From Candidatus Aenigmatarchaeota archaeon (lineage in GTDB: Archaea > Aenigmatarchaeota > Aenigmatarchaeia > CG10238-14 > SCSR01): 64,000 nucleotides of DNA. The first letter of the stretch is position 1; each line of letters opens with the position of its first letter. The stretch is taken from contig JAVZGQ010000001.1 in NCBI GenBank assembly GCA_038998585.1, positions 9,684-73,683 on the forward strand. The letters are read 5' to 3'. The translations under genes were made by a program, and so were the position numbers. The notes beneath the pieces were generated by a model, which ran no database searches, had not been told where the DNA came from, and saw only the letters and a list, made by a program, of their open reading frames with translations. Positions 1 to 9,683 of this stretch are shown here, in pieces.

Positions 1-295
1 TTTTATAATCAAAAATTAAATCAGAAGTTTTATATAATGCAAAATTCTTAACAAACAATTTATATTCCTCCAAATTAAATTTCAAATCCTCACAATCTTT
101 GCTTAAAGCTACGGTCTCTTTTGCCTTTTCAACTATGTTATTGAAAATGAAGAAATCTTCTCTAATTGCAACGGAAGAAGTATCTGTAATTGTGTAAGGC
201 TCAATCCATTGGCTGACATAAAATATCGTGGTAATTATGGCAAAAGCTGAAAGTAAGAAAAACTGGGCCTTATTAGATTTTAATAAATTGTGCAT
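1..295 (-). CDS. partial hypothetical membrane protein; N-terminal part, gene runs off the window start
   Basis: Open minus-strand frame from ATG at 295 (MHNLLKSNKAQFFLLSAFAIITTIFYV...) continuing to position 1; hydrophobic N-terminus; no homology recognised. Confidence 0.3.
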   Translation of the reverse strand, partial: MHNLLKSNKAQFFLLSAFAIITTIFYVSQWIEPYTITDTSSVAIREDFFIFNNIVEKAKETVALSKDCEDLKFNLEEYKLFVKNFALYKTSDLIFDYK

Positions 296-572
296 GCGGT
301 ACGCCATCAATTAAAATTACATTTTCTTTAACGATAAAACCATTATTGCTAGCAAGCTCAACTATATTCTTTCCTATCAAGTTCCCTATAGTGGCTTTAC
401 TTAAAAGCTTTAAAGCAACATTCTCATCTACAAGATTCCCCCCATAAAACTTTTCACTTACATTTACACTTATTTTCTTATCTTTCATCTTTAGCTTTTT
501 CCCCAGAAGTTCCTCATCACACATTACCACAACTATATCTTTTTTATCTGTAAAAACATTACACCAAAACAT
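273..572 (-). CDS. hypothetical protein (99 aa)
   Basis: Clean ORF tightly packed downstream of aIF2-beta; no recognisable motif. Confidence 0.4.
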   Translation of the reverse strand: MFWCNVFTDKKDIVVVMCDEELLGKKLKMKDKKISVNVSEKFYGGNLVDENVALKLLSKATIGNLIGKNIVELASNNGFIVKENVILIDGVPHAQFIKI

Positions 573-581
573 TTTAGACCC

Positions 582-986
582 TCAGACATTTTCTATAGGG
601 TACTTCGTACCACAGGCTTCACAAACTAGGAAGACCAACCTATCTTCTTTCACCACTTTTGTGTCTGGCTCGCCACAAATTTTACAATAAACAAATTTTT
701 TGATATAAGAGTTAAGCTTTTCTTGAAGCAGGCCACTTGGGAGTTTTCTCTGAAAAATCAGATAAGATCCTTGAATTGATCCAGGAGTTGCAAGTTCTTT
801 CAAAAGATATTTAGATAAATGAGTCGGATCCCTTCTCAATATGTCGGCTATTGCCCCAAAGTTTTTGAATATAGTTTTCGTACCACTGAATTCAAGTTCA
901 ACGTTCGGTACCACAAATCTTTTTTTGTCTTCAGTTTTCTTCGGCAATTTTTCTATGGCTTTCTTCAATAATTCTTCATAATTCAT
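582..986 (-). CDS. translation initiation factor aIF2 beta subunit
   Basis: 134 aa; C-terminal CxxC...CxxC zinc ribbon (CKICGEPDT...CEACG) and N-terminal e/aIF2-beta-like region. Confidence 0.8.
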   Translation of the reverse strand: MNYEELLKKAIEKLPKKTEDKKRFVVPNVELEFSGTKTIFKNFGAIADILRRDPTHLSKYLLKELATPGSIQGSYLIFQRKLPSGLLQEKLNSYIKKFVYCKICGEPDTKVVKEDRLVFLVCEACGTKYPIENV

Positions 987-1723
987 ATTTTCACCTTTTT
1001 CAAGAAACCTGGTCTTGGTTCAAACAAATCCCCTGAACTCAAGAGATCATTTATCGCATTTTCGATCACTCTTTCAGGCAGATGTATGACTTCAAATAAT
1101 TTTCCAATTTCCACACCATCGCCCCTGTCCATTTTACATATTATTTCAAGTATTTTTGGCTTATAATCTATATCTTTTACAAATTTTAAATTCTCCCTAA
1201 TAACACTCAAGCCTTCTTCATCCAAACCATATTTTTTCTTTATATATTTTTTCAACTCATCTTCTGACATCTGTTCAACCAAACTTCTTATTTCTTCAAC
1301 CATTTTCTTCTTATCCCTCAATTCCTTCAGTATTTCAAGCTTCCTTAAGTTTTCATAGTTAGGGTCTTCAAGCTTCCTTAAAATCTCTGCGACAACGTAA
1401 ATTTCACCATTATATTCTTTCAGCTTACCTATAACAACCAGCAAATCTCCTTTTGAAATGTTTTTTATAAGTTTAACATTATTTCCAAAAACTTTTACCC
1501 TAATAGAAGATGTACCATCTTCTATTGTAATGCTCCCATAACTCTCGTCTTCTGAAATAAACAAATCAACTAAAGTGCCTACCAAATTCACCCTTGAAAT
1601 TTTTTCTCCAAATTGTGTGATTACATAGCTTGGTTTCATTTCTAACTTGTTGCCGTGAAAAAATACACCATTGACTAAATCAAAAATTCTAACTTTTTTT
1701 GATACAACTCTTTTCTTCTCCAC
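983..1723 (-). CDS. OB-fold plus C-terminal winged-helix protein (RPA32-like ssDNA-binding candidate)
   Basis: N-terminal OB-like beta-rich segment and C-terminal wH ending GDLFEPRPGFLKKV, similar to the MCM C-terminus; sits next to MCM. Confidence 0.4.
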   Translation of the reverse strand: MEKKRVVSKKVRIFDLVNGVFFHGNKLEMKPSYVITQFGEKISRVNLVGTLVDLFISEDESYGSITIEDGTSSIRVKVFGNNVKLIKNISKGDLLVVIGKLKEYNGEIYVVAEILRKLEDPNYENLRKLEILKELRDKKKMVEEIRSLVEQMSEDELKKYIKKKYGLDEEGLSVIRENLKFVKDIDYKPKILEIICKMDRGDGVEIGKLFEVIHLPERVIENAINDLLSSGDLFEPRPGFLKKVKI

Positions 1724-1755
1724 GATTAAAATTAGTTGTTAAAATTAATAATTTA

Positions 1756-4700
1756 TCACATTTTTTGTAAAATTCCTACTTTAGGCTCAAACAAATCTCC
1801 TTTATTTTTTAACTCGTTCAAGATCTTCTCCACATCAAATTCTTTGAGTCCTTTATCTTTTGCAATTCTAAGTATATCTTCTTTTGGGATGGTATTCCCC
1901 ATAGTTTTTGACAATTCTTCTATGATATCCAGAACAACCCTTATCTTACCCCTTTCAGACGCAGTTGTTCTACCTTCAAGCCTATCAACATCAAACTTAC
2001 CAGTTTCGGCCTCAAATCCAAATTCTCTTAATGAGGCTTTCATCAAGTTTATGGCCCTTATGGCGTCTTCTCTTGTCACAACATCTCTTAACTGAACTTT
2101 TGCAGAAGCTTCCGCCAGTCTTATTAAAGCCTCATACTGTCTTAGAGTTATAGGAACAGCGGCCTCTTCAGCGCTGACTTTTTCTCTAAGAGACACAAAA
2201 AAGTTCTTTATTTCTTCCCCAGCTTCTCTAGATAGCTTTGGATGACAATTCTTTCTTGCGTAGGCTATATATTTCTTGAGAAATTCTGAATCTATTAATG
2301 GCCCCACATCTTCTTCTCCATAATGTCTTGATTTCAAAATGTGCTCAGCAACTTTAGCATCAATCTCAGGGTTTGGTATGTCACGTAAGGCAAACTTTAA
2401 ATCAAACCTCGAGAGCAAAGTTTCTGGAACATCTATTTGCTCTTTTATTGGTAAATAAGGGTCGAATCTCCCTAGCTTTGGGTTTCCACCGGCAAGAATC
2501 GAAGTCTGAGCCGGCAGGGTTGCTACTATGCTAGCTTTAGCTATGCTTATAGTTTGCTGCTCCATTGCTTCATGTAAAGCGACCTGATCACTTTTTTCCA
2601 CTTTTTCAAACTCATCTATAGCACAAAGTGATTTGTTACACATGACTAAAGCACCAGCTTCTAGAACCCAACCACCCAAAAATTCTTCATCTCTAACTAC
2701 AGTTGCGGTATTATGAATAATAATGCCATTTGCAACAAAACTGTGTTCATCTTCAACTGTTATATCATACACATACTCATAGTCTTTATTTTCTATTATC
2801 TCTACCTTTTCAATCCTATCCCAAAAAATATCTGATTCAACAAATTTTACAAGATCTTTAATTTGACCAAACTTATTCAACAATTTTTTCAAAAAGCTGC
2901 GTGTGGGTTTTCTTATATTTTTTTCATATTCGTAGCTTTTATATCCATAAAATTCTTTAGCGGATAGACCAAGTTCATTTCTAATTTCTCTTAATAAATT
3001 ACCAATTTCTGGAATTACATCAATATTTGAATTTTCTTTAGAACATTTTTCTATTATTTCGTCTAATTTTTTTGATTTGTATTTATCTCTAAATCCTATT
3101 TTTTTTCTAAAAATTTTAAGATTTTTCAAACCATTGATTACAAGAACATATTTCTTCCCAGAGTTAACCGTCCGACCTCTTAAAGATGTCCTGGGACTTT
3201 TTTCTCTCACTAAAGAAATTATGCCATATCTCAACAAGAGTAATTGCAATACTCTTATGAATTCTTTGCTATTTGACGAGAGCTCCACACGGTTTGATCT
3301 TTTAGAGTTTTTTTCAATTACAGAACCACTGGTATCAAATATTACCTGAAGATAAGTGGCTAAAATATTTTTTGGAAGTAGTGATAATTCTTCTGCGAAT
3401 TTCGACTCATCTGTTTCATATTCCTTCACAGCCCCATATTTACTGAAAGTCATTGGGTTGAAAATAAAATAAGGGACCCTGCTATGGTATGGTTCTATAC
3501 ATAATTCTTTCCAACACACAGTCCTAAAGCCCATTAAAAAATCATCACAGATTTTTAAAAACTTTATATCGAATCCTTCTCGATTGTTTCTTGGTATGCT
3601 TCTATCATTCACCACTGACCCTATCGGGTGTGTCAAATCTGAATTAATAGAAAACAAAGTATTTATTTTATATCCATGACATTTGCTCAAAACTATATTC
3701 TTTGGTAATTCACCCAACGACTTTGTCTGGTTAGATTTATTTTCATTTACAGAACAAATGCGTGGTGTAGCGATATATTCTCCTTGAATTAACTCAGATG
3801 CAGGCTTCCAGCATATTTTAGCATTTTTTATCACCGGAATCGGGTTTTCTGGAGTAACTATAACTTCTTTCCCTGTTTGAGTTACTACTTTAACCATTTT
3901 TTTTGGAGCTTTTAATTTCCAATATCTTGTTATTCTAAGTGGTTTTAACTTTAAATTTTCTTGGTCAAATGAAAGAATCTTTCTTGGGGAACCCTGTGTC
4001 ACAAAACCGTCTTCGATTTTTTCAAAATCTTTTTTTAGTTCCTCTTCCACTAACTTTCCTATTTGTATTAATGACCCATCTTCTAATTGCACTAAGGTCT
4101 CGTAAACTGTACACAGTCCTGCGGCGGTGACACCCTTACCAGACACATATTTCCCCCTGGGAATTAAGGTTGAAACCACTTTCATCAAAGCACTCTTAGC
4201 AGTTGAAGGATCCCCAACCAATAATATGTGAATATCACCCCTTACTCTAGATTTGTCCTTCTGCACGTGCTGCTCCCCACCAAACAACTGTAGTACAATA
4301 GCTTCTTTTATGTGTTCTAGTCCATACAAGCTTGGTGCGATGGATGTCACGAGCTTTGAGTATATTTCAGGATCTTTTGAAAATTCCACAATCATTTTCT
4401 CATCTTCAGGAGTTATTTCTAGCTCCTCCCACTCAACTTCCACACTTTCGACAGAATTAGCGTCAATGTAAATTTCAAGCTGCCTGGATCTTGTACCCTT
4501 AACTCTTCTTGGAATTTGCTTCAACACACCTACAACTTTTATCCTATTTCCAGGATCAGTTTTGTTCTGCATTTTTGGTGAAGTTAAATCTTCTTTTAAG
4601 AAGATCATTATCTCAGAAGGTCTTTCACCGCTTGTTATTTCGAAAGGCTCTTCAATTGTTATCCACCTAGCATCGTAAAGTTTTTGATCTATTAACTTGA

Positions 4701-5169
4701 AATTCCTTCTGTTTCCACATTGACAATCATTTGGTGGTATTATGAATCTTTCAGTTTGAATAACATTTATCTTAGCTCCACACTCAAGACATTGAAAAAT
4801 AGCTTCTGAGACCTCTGGTCTAATTTCACTCGCTCTTTTAACAATACCATCAACAGATATCAGCTTGCCTATGTGTTCTGCTCTTATGTTCCTTATCCTT
4901 ATTTGTCTTTCTTCTGGTAAGTTAAAAAACCTTATTCTTATGTTCGTGCTGCTCGGCAAATCTATTTGCTTCAGAGAATCTTCTATTGCTGTTAAAACTT
5001 CATCGGGATTTTCAAGCAAGTAGTCTGCAAGCTCAGGGTCGAATTTATCTAAAACTGAAAAATCAACTAGCAAGGATTTTTTGCCTTCGATTGTAGTTGC
5101 GACTAATTCATTGTAGAAATATTCTTTAAAAAATTCAGCAAACTTTTCAACTATTTCTCCTCTTTCCAT
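1756..5169 (-). CDS. mcm: MCM replicative helicase, intein-containing
   Basis: Walker A GDPSTAKS, Zn finger CxxC..CQC, arginine finger region, C-terminal wH; intein inserted after GKGVTAAGL and before TATVVRD; likely start is MERGEIVEKF at 5169 (the track's 5259 start overlaps TBP). Confidence 0.9.
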   Translation of the reverse strand: MERGEIVEKFAEFFKEYFYNELVATTIEGKKSLLVDFSVLDKFDPELADYLLENPDEVLTAIEDSLKQIDLPSSTNIRIRFFNLPEERQIRIRNIRAEHIGKLISVDGIVKRASEIRPEVSEAIFQCLECGAKINVIQTERFIIPPNDCQCGNRRNFKLIDQKLYDARWITIEEPFEITSGERPSEIMIFLKEDLTSPKMQNKTDPGNRIKVVGVLKQIPRRVKGTRSRQLEIYIDANSVESVEVEWEELEITPEDEKMIVEFSKDPEIYSKLVTSIAPSLYGLEHIKEAIVLQLFGGEQHVQKDKSRVRGDIHILLVGDPSTAKSALMKVVSTLIPRGKYVSGKGVTAAGLCTVYETLVQLEDGSLIQIGKLVEEELKKDFEKIEDGFVTQGSPRKILSFDQENLKLKPLRITRYWKLKAPKKMVKVVTQTGKEVIVTPENPIPVIKNAKICWKPASELIQGEYIATPRICSVNENKSNQTKSLGELPKNIVLSKCHGYKINTLFSINSDLTHPIGSVVNDRSIPRNNREGFDIKFLKICDDFLMGFRTVCWKELCIEPYHSRVPYFIFNPMTFSKYGAVKEYETDESKFAEELSLLPKNILATYLQVIFDTSGSVIEKNSKRSNRVELSSNSKEFIRVLQLLLLRYGIISLVREKSPRTSLRGRTVNSGKKYVLVINGLKNLKIFRKKIGFRDKYKSKKLDEIIEKCSKENSNIDVIPEIGNLLREIRNELGLSAKEFYGYKSYEYEKNIRKPTRSFLKKLLNKFGQIKDLVKFVESDIFWDRIEKVEIIENKDYEYVYDITVEDEHSFVANGIIIHNTATVVRDEEFLGGWVLEAGALVMCNKSLCAIDEFEKVEKSDQVALHEAMEQQTISIAKASIVATLPAQTSILAGGNPKLGRFDPYLPIKEQIDVPETLLSRFDLKFALRDIPNPEIDAKVAEHILKSRHYGEEDVGPLIDSEFLKKYIAYARKNCHPKLSREAGEEIKNFFVSLREKVSAEEAAVPITLRQYEALIRLAEASAKVQLRDVVTREDAIRAINLMKASLREFGFEAETGKFDVDRLEGRTTASERGKIRVVLDIIEELSKTMGNTIPKEDILRIAKDKGLKEFDVEKILNELKNKGDLFEPKVGILQKM
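2710..4113 (-). other. intein (468 aa) in the MCM ATPase domain, with a putative LAGLIDADG-type homing endonuclease core
   Basis: Begins with Cys after AAGL (CTVYETL...) and ends ...IIHN followed by T; removing it restores the conserved MCM sequence KGVTAAGLTATVVRD. Confidence 0.85.
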
Positions 5170-5251
5170 GACAATTATTTCTACGCACTTATTAATTTTA
5201 AGTTTTTTGGAATGATGAAAAAAATTAAAAAGTAAGTAAAATGTTCGCAGT

Positions 5252-5806
5252 TTATTCATTGATTATTGCTTTGATTTCCTTCAGCCTCTTGTAAACTTTA
5301 TCCAGGGCATTCTTCACATCTTTTACGCTTCTACCCCCAGTGCAAACTATTTTACCAGATCCAAAGAGCAAGAAAGCAACCTTCGGCTCATCCATCCTAT
5401 AAACCAATCCTGGAAACTGCTCTGGTTCATATTCTGAATTTTCAAGTTTGAGGGCAATTGTATCTAAGTTAAGATTTCCTTCTATCTTAGCTGAGGCCAC
5501 TATGTTTTCAACTTGTATTTTAAAATTTTTTGGGACTTGAACTCCCACACTTTTGATCACAGAAACAATTTTTTTAAAGACAGCGTTAACATCCTCTATG
5601 TTTCTTGCCCCGGTACATACTATCTTTCCAGAACTAAAGATTAGAGCAGCTGCTTTCGGCTCATCCATCCTATAAACCAATCCTGGAAACTGCTCTGGTT
5701 CATATTCCATTCCTTCAAGCTTTGAAACTATTTTTTCAAGAGGCACTTCCACATGTAAAGAAGCTGATGCAACTATATTTTCGATTTTTATTTTGAAATC
5801 TGACAT
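5252..5806 (-). CDS. tbp: TATA-box binding protein
   Basis: 184 aa with two internal direct repeats (…PEQFPGLVYRMDEPK…SGKIVCTG…, twice). Confidence 0.9.
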   Translation of the reverse strand: MSDFKIKIENIVASASLHVEVPLEKIVSKLEGMEYEPEQFPGLVYRMDEPKAAALIFSSGKIVCTGARNIEDVNAVFKKIVSVIKSVGVQVPKNFKIQVENIVASAKIEGNLNLDTIALKLENSEYEPEQFPGLVYRMDEPKVAFLLFGSGKIVCTGGRSVKDVKNALDKVYKRLKEIKAIINE

Positions 5807-5882
5807 GGTATCACTACTTATATTTATATTTTACTAAAAGTATTTAAAGGGTTTTAAATAAAAGCTCTTAAATATTTTTATT

Positions 5883-6362
5883 ATGATAGATTTTCTTTTC
5901 TCTTTTCTCCGGGAATATGGTTTGTTTGCCCTTTTTCTAAGTTCACTCTCTTCTAATTTTTTGCTTTTCCCAGCTTTTGTAGAACTTTCTTGTATAGTCT
6001 TTCTCAGTCTCGGTTTTACACCATTTTCTATATTTATTTCATTAATTACCGGCTCAGTTTTAGGCGGGTTGTTGAGCTATTTTTTTGGTTTTTTTGGCTC
6101 TGCAAGTTTGTTAAAATACAAGGAAAGAATAAGAGATATGGAAAAAATAATAGAGAGATATGGAAATTTTTCAGTTTTTTTGGTGTCTTTTTTACCCGTT
6201 CCATTCCCCTTTACACTTTTTGCTATGTTGGTTGGTTTTTTAAAGATGAATGTAAAAACTTTTTTGCTTGCAATGACTGCTGGGAAAGCTTTGAGAGTAT
6301 GTCTTTCGCTTTTTGTTCTTACTTGGGGCTTTAGAGTTTTGAGTTTTTATCATCTGGTTTAG
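5883..6362 (+). CDS. DedA/TVP38-like membrane protein
   Basis: Polytopic; motif YG.F.VFLVSFLPVPFP resembling the DedA family signature. Confidence 0.45.
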   Translation: MIDFLFSFLREYGLFALFLSSLSSNFLLFPAFVELSCIVFLSLGFTPFSIFISLITGSVLGGLLSYFFGFFGSASLLKYKERIRDMEKIIERYGNFSVFLVSFLPVPFPFTLFAMLVGFLKMNVKTFLLAMTAGKALRVCLSLFVLTWGFRVLSFYHLV

Positions 6363-6974
6363 ATGTAATTTTATAGCAAAAATGAGCTAAATCCTAACAA
6401 TGGAAATATGAATTTTTTGTACAAATCTTCTCACACCAACACTAAAATCAAAGCTATGGCCTCAAATTCTTTTCCAAACAAGAATTTTTTAAATAAAATA
6501 TTCTACAAAAATCTTAGTCTCTCCTGTATTTTTTCCCTTGATTTTCTGCGCTTCTTTTAATTTCAAATTTCTTATAATGTCACTTAACCACTCTTTGCAG
6601 TCAACACGGATAATCTAAATTCTTAATAAGAAATCATGACTAGTGAAAATTCAACAAAGACCCCTTAAACCCCATAGAGTTATTTTTTATTTTTTATTGG
6701 TTCTTGTATTGTTTTTTCTCTAAATTTTTCTATTTCTTCTAAATCTATCGTCACAAATTAATTATAGCCTATTTAAAGTGAAAGAAATTGTTTAGTTCCC
6801 TAGATTTTATTTTGTGTAAATTCTATATCTTCATTTAGAAAAATGTTCTGGCGGGGTAATAAATGAATTCAAAAAACCGGTTGTTTACAAATACTTAAAG
6901 AATTATAAAAAATTAATTTAGTAAAGTGTTCAAATGATTTATAACATAAAATACTGACTAAAAGGGGTGATTTA

Positions 6975-7708
6975 ATGTTAATAGCAGGTATCGATGAGGC
7001 TGGTAGAAAACGATAAGTCTGGAGGATTTTCGTTTGCCATAAGGTGCTCTCATCGGTCCGATGGTCATAGCTGGAGTTGTGATAGACGATAAAGACGAGA
7101 AGAAACTTAAAAAAATAGGAGTGAAGGATTCTAAGCTTTTATCTCCAAGAAGAAGGGAAGAACTTGCCAAAAAAATAGAAGAAATAGCAAAGAATATTGT
7201 TGTTTTAAGAGTCCAGCCTTGCAAAATAGATTCTTATCGTGCTAAAGGTATAAATTTGGATAAAATAGAAGCCATGAAGATGGCAGAAATAATTGGGATG
7301 TTTGGTGCAAAAAAAGTTTTCATCGATTCTTTGGAACAAAATGCAAAAAAATTCGAAAATCTAATCAGGAGTTTTTTAAATGAAAGAGATCTTGAGCTAA
7401 TTGTTAAAAATTATTTGGACGAATCAATACCAGTCGTATCTGCAGCTAGTATAATTGCCAAAGTTGAACGCGATGCTGCAATAGAAGAGATAAAGAAAAA
7501 AGAGGGAACAGATTTTGGAGTGGGGTACAGTCATGATCCTAGAACTATAGAATTTGTTGAGAGATTGATAAAAGAAGGAAAAGGAAAACTTCCCTCTTAT
7601 GTTAGGCAATCGTGGATAACAACCCAAGAATTAAAGAAGAGATCTCTTCAACAAAAAATTAAAGATTTCTTTAAAAAAGACGAAAAAATTAAAAGGGAAA
7701 AAGTATGA
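6975..7708 (+). CDS. rnhB: ribonuclease HII, coding sequence interrupted by a 35-nt insertion (frame shifts after DEAGR)
   Basis: ATG at 6975 with an SD-like aggggtga; encodes MLIAGIDEAGR then KR-stop; the downstream frame resumes at 7043 with GALIGPMVIAGVV...; removing 7008-7042 restores the canonical DEAGRG-xx-IGP motif. Confidence 0.7.
7008..7042 (+). other. 35-nt insertion in rnhB forming a hairpin (aaacga-16nt-tcgttt) with an in-frame TAA
   Basis: 6-bp perfect stem aaacga/tcgttt; 35 nt is not a multiple of 3; flanking codons match conserved RNase HII residues. Confidence 0.6.
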
Positions 7709-7956
7709 AAATTGAGCAAAAAATAGTGACAGTTTACACAATCCTGGGTTTAATTTTAGGATTCTTGACAAATTATTTACATAAAATTTTTGGGTTGGCT
7801 GCCGCAGTAGCAATTTCATTTGCCATTTATTTTTCTTCTTTAACTCTTCTCTCCACTTTTGTGAATAAGAGAACCATGCTATTTTATAACAGTTTCATCA
7901 CTTTCTTTTTACTTTGGTTGACAATATGGATTTTATTTTATAATTTGGGTGTTTGA
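7705..7956 (+). CDS. small membrane protein (83 aa)
   Basis: Two predicted TM helices; start overlaps the rnhB stop (ATGA) and its stop abuts the aspS start. Confidence 0.4.
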   Translation: MKIEQKIVTVYTILGLILGFLTNYLHKIFGLAAAVAISFAIYFSSLTLLSTFVNKRTMLFYNSFITFFLLWLTIWILFYNLGV

Positions 7957-9261
7957 ATGAGAAGAATTTTCACTAAAGAGCTGGCGAAGTTTGTTGGAAA
8001 AAGGGTAAATATTTTTGGTTGGGTCCACGATGTCAGATTTTTAGGTAAAATTAATTTTTTAATTCTAAGAGATAGGGAAGGGATGGTTCAAGTTATTGCT
8101 CAAAAGGATAAAATCTCAGAAGAGGCTTTCAATTCTATAAAAAAACTTCATCAAGAAGACGTTGTTTCAATTCAAGGGAAAGTCGTGGAGAGTAAAGTAA
8201 AAAAGGGAGTTGAAGTTTTGCTAGAGAGTATAGAGGTTGTAAGCAAAGCACATGTTCCATTGCCTCTAGATCCAAGATGGGTGACACCAGCAAACTTGGA
8301 TACGAGGTTAGAGTGGAGACCATTAGACTTGAGGAGAAAAGATAACATTGCCATATTTAGAATACAGGCAAAAATTGTTGAAGGAATGACAGAATTTTTA
8401 AGAAAGAAAGGCTTCTTACAAGTTTTCACACCATCTCTAATTGGTGGGATTTCTGAAGGTGGTGCGGATGTTTTCAAAATAAATTTTTTTGGTAAGGAAG
8501 CTTTCCTAAGGCAAGATCCACAACTACATAGACAACTGTTGATATTAGCAGGATTTGAAAAAATTTTTGATGTTGGTGCAAACTGGAGGGCAGAGCCTTC
8601 CGACACACCATACCATTTAGCAGAACACAGAAGCATAGCTCCTGAGCTTGTGTTGAAGGATGAAAGTGATATGATGAAATTGGAAGAAGAGATGGTAAGA
8701 TATGGGATAAAAAAAATTATAGAGGAATGTGGTGACGAGCTCAAAACCCTTGGTAAAGAAATAGAAATTCCTAAAAAATCTTTCCCAGAGCTGAGATTCC
8801 CAAAAATCTATGATATATTGAAAGAATATGGTAAAGAACTACCTTTTGGTTCAGATGTAGATAAGGAAGCTGAAAAAATACTATTGAAATATGTTAAAGA
8901 AAAATTCAAGCATGATTTCTTTTTCATAAACAGATTTCCATCAAAAATTAAGCCTTTTTATGTCATGCGTGTAGATGATGAACCTGAATGGGCTAGAAGT
9001 GTTGACCTGATTTTTAAAGGGCTGGAAGTGTCTTCAGGGGGTCAGAGAGAACATAGGTACGAAAAAATAATTCAACAGGTGAAAGAAAAGGGCATGAATC
9101 TAGAGCATATAAAATGGTTTACAGAACATTTTAAGTATGGCGCTCCTCCCCATGGAGGCTTTAGCTTGGGTTTAGAAAGGTTTACTATGCAGCTCCTTGA
9201 TATAGTGAATATAAAAGAGGCAGTTCTTTTCCCCAGATATTTAACAAGAATATTACCATAA
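7957..9261 (+). CDS. aspS: aspartyl-tRNA synthetase (archaeal type)
   Basis: 434 aa class IIb aaRS: N-terminal OB anticodon-binding domain, motifs 1-3, C-terminal GGFSLGLERFTMQLL...LFPR. Confidence 0.75.
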   Translation: MRRIFTKELAKFVGKRVNIFGWVHDVRFLGKINFLILRDREGMVQVIAQKDKISEEAFNSIKKLHQEDVVSIQGKVVESKVKKGVEVLLESIEVVSKAHVPLPLDPRWVTPANLDTRLEWRPLDLRRKDNIAIFRIQAKIVEGMTEFLRKKGFLQVFTPSLIGGISEGGADVFKINFFGKEAFLRQDPQLHRQLLILAGFEKIFDVGANWRAEPSDTPYHLAEHRSIAPELVLKDESDMMKLEEEMVRYGIKKIIEECGDELKTLGKEIEIPKKSFPELRFPKIYDILKEYGKELPFGSDVDKEAEKILLKYVKEKFKHDFFFINRFPSKIKPFYVMRVDDEPEWARSVDLIFKGLEVSSGGQREHRYEKIIQQVKEKGMNLEHIKWFTEHFKYGAPPHGGFSLGLERFTMQLLDIVNIKEAVLFPRYLTRILP

Positions 9262-9503
9262 GAATTTCTTTCTCAAAAATAGTTTTACAGCCTCAACATG
9301 GGAGCAATACTTTCCTTTTAGAGTGAAATAAGCACAATCACAAAGAAACTTTCTACTCCTTTTTTCAAAAATCACAGAATGTTCTTCAGATTCCCCACGA
9401 ACCTTAAAATGAATTCTTTTATCGGTTTCTAGTTCTTTCCCAACCATTCCTCCTTCAAACAATTTTTTTGCTTTAGTTTTGATCTCGCTTGAGATTTTCA
9501 TCA
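9253..9503 (-). CDS. SWIM-type zinc finger protein (~83 aa; likely start is the internal Met)
   Basis: CDCAYFTLKGKYCSHVEAV fits the CxCxnCxH SWIM signature; the N-terminal 59 aa of the called ORF are low-complexity and probably not coding. Confidence 0.45.
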
Positions 9504-9554
9504 ATTGAATATTGAGCTCAAGATTTAAATTGATGAAAAAATAAAAAGAAATTG

Positions 9555-9680
9555 ATGAAAAAGTTTTGTGATATTTGTAAAAAACCTGTTCGTGAGGTAG
9601 GAAGACTTTATCGCCATCGTTTTCTCGATGTTTGTAAGAAGTGTAGGGAAAAACTGAAAAAGAATAGGAGATTAACATAA
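9555..9680 (+). CDS. small zinc-ribbon protein (41 aa), not in the ORF track
   Basis: MKKFCDICKKPVREVGRLYRHRFLDVCKKCREKLKKNRRLT; CxxC...CxxC; ends 3 nt before the dph2 start. Confidence 0.3.
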   Translation: MKKFCDICKKPVREVGRLYRHRFLDVCKKCREKLKKNRRLT

Positions 9681-9683
9681 ATT

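Noticed and set aside
1756-5259. 30-aa N-terminal extension of MCM (MNKLRTFYLL...) back to 5259
   Set aside because: It overlaps the TBP gene 3' end and is low-complexity. The conserved MCM N-terminus starts at MERGEIVEKF (5169).
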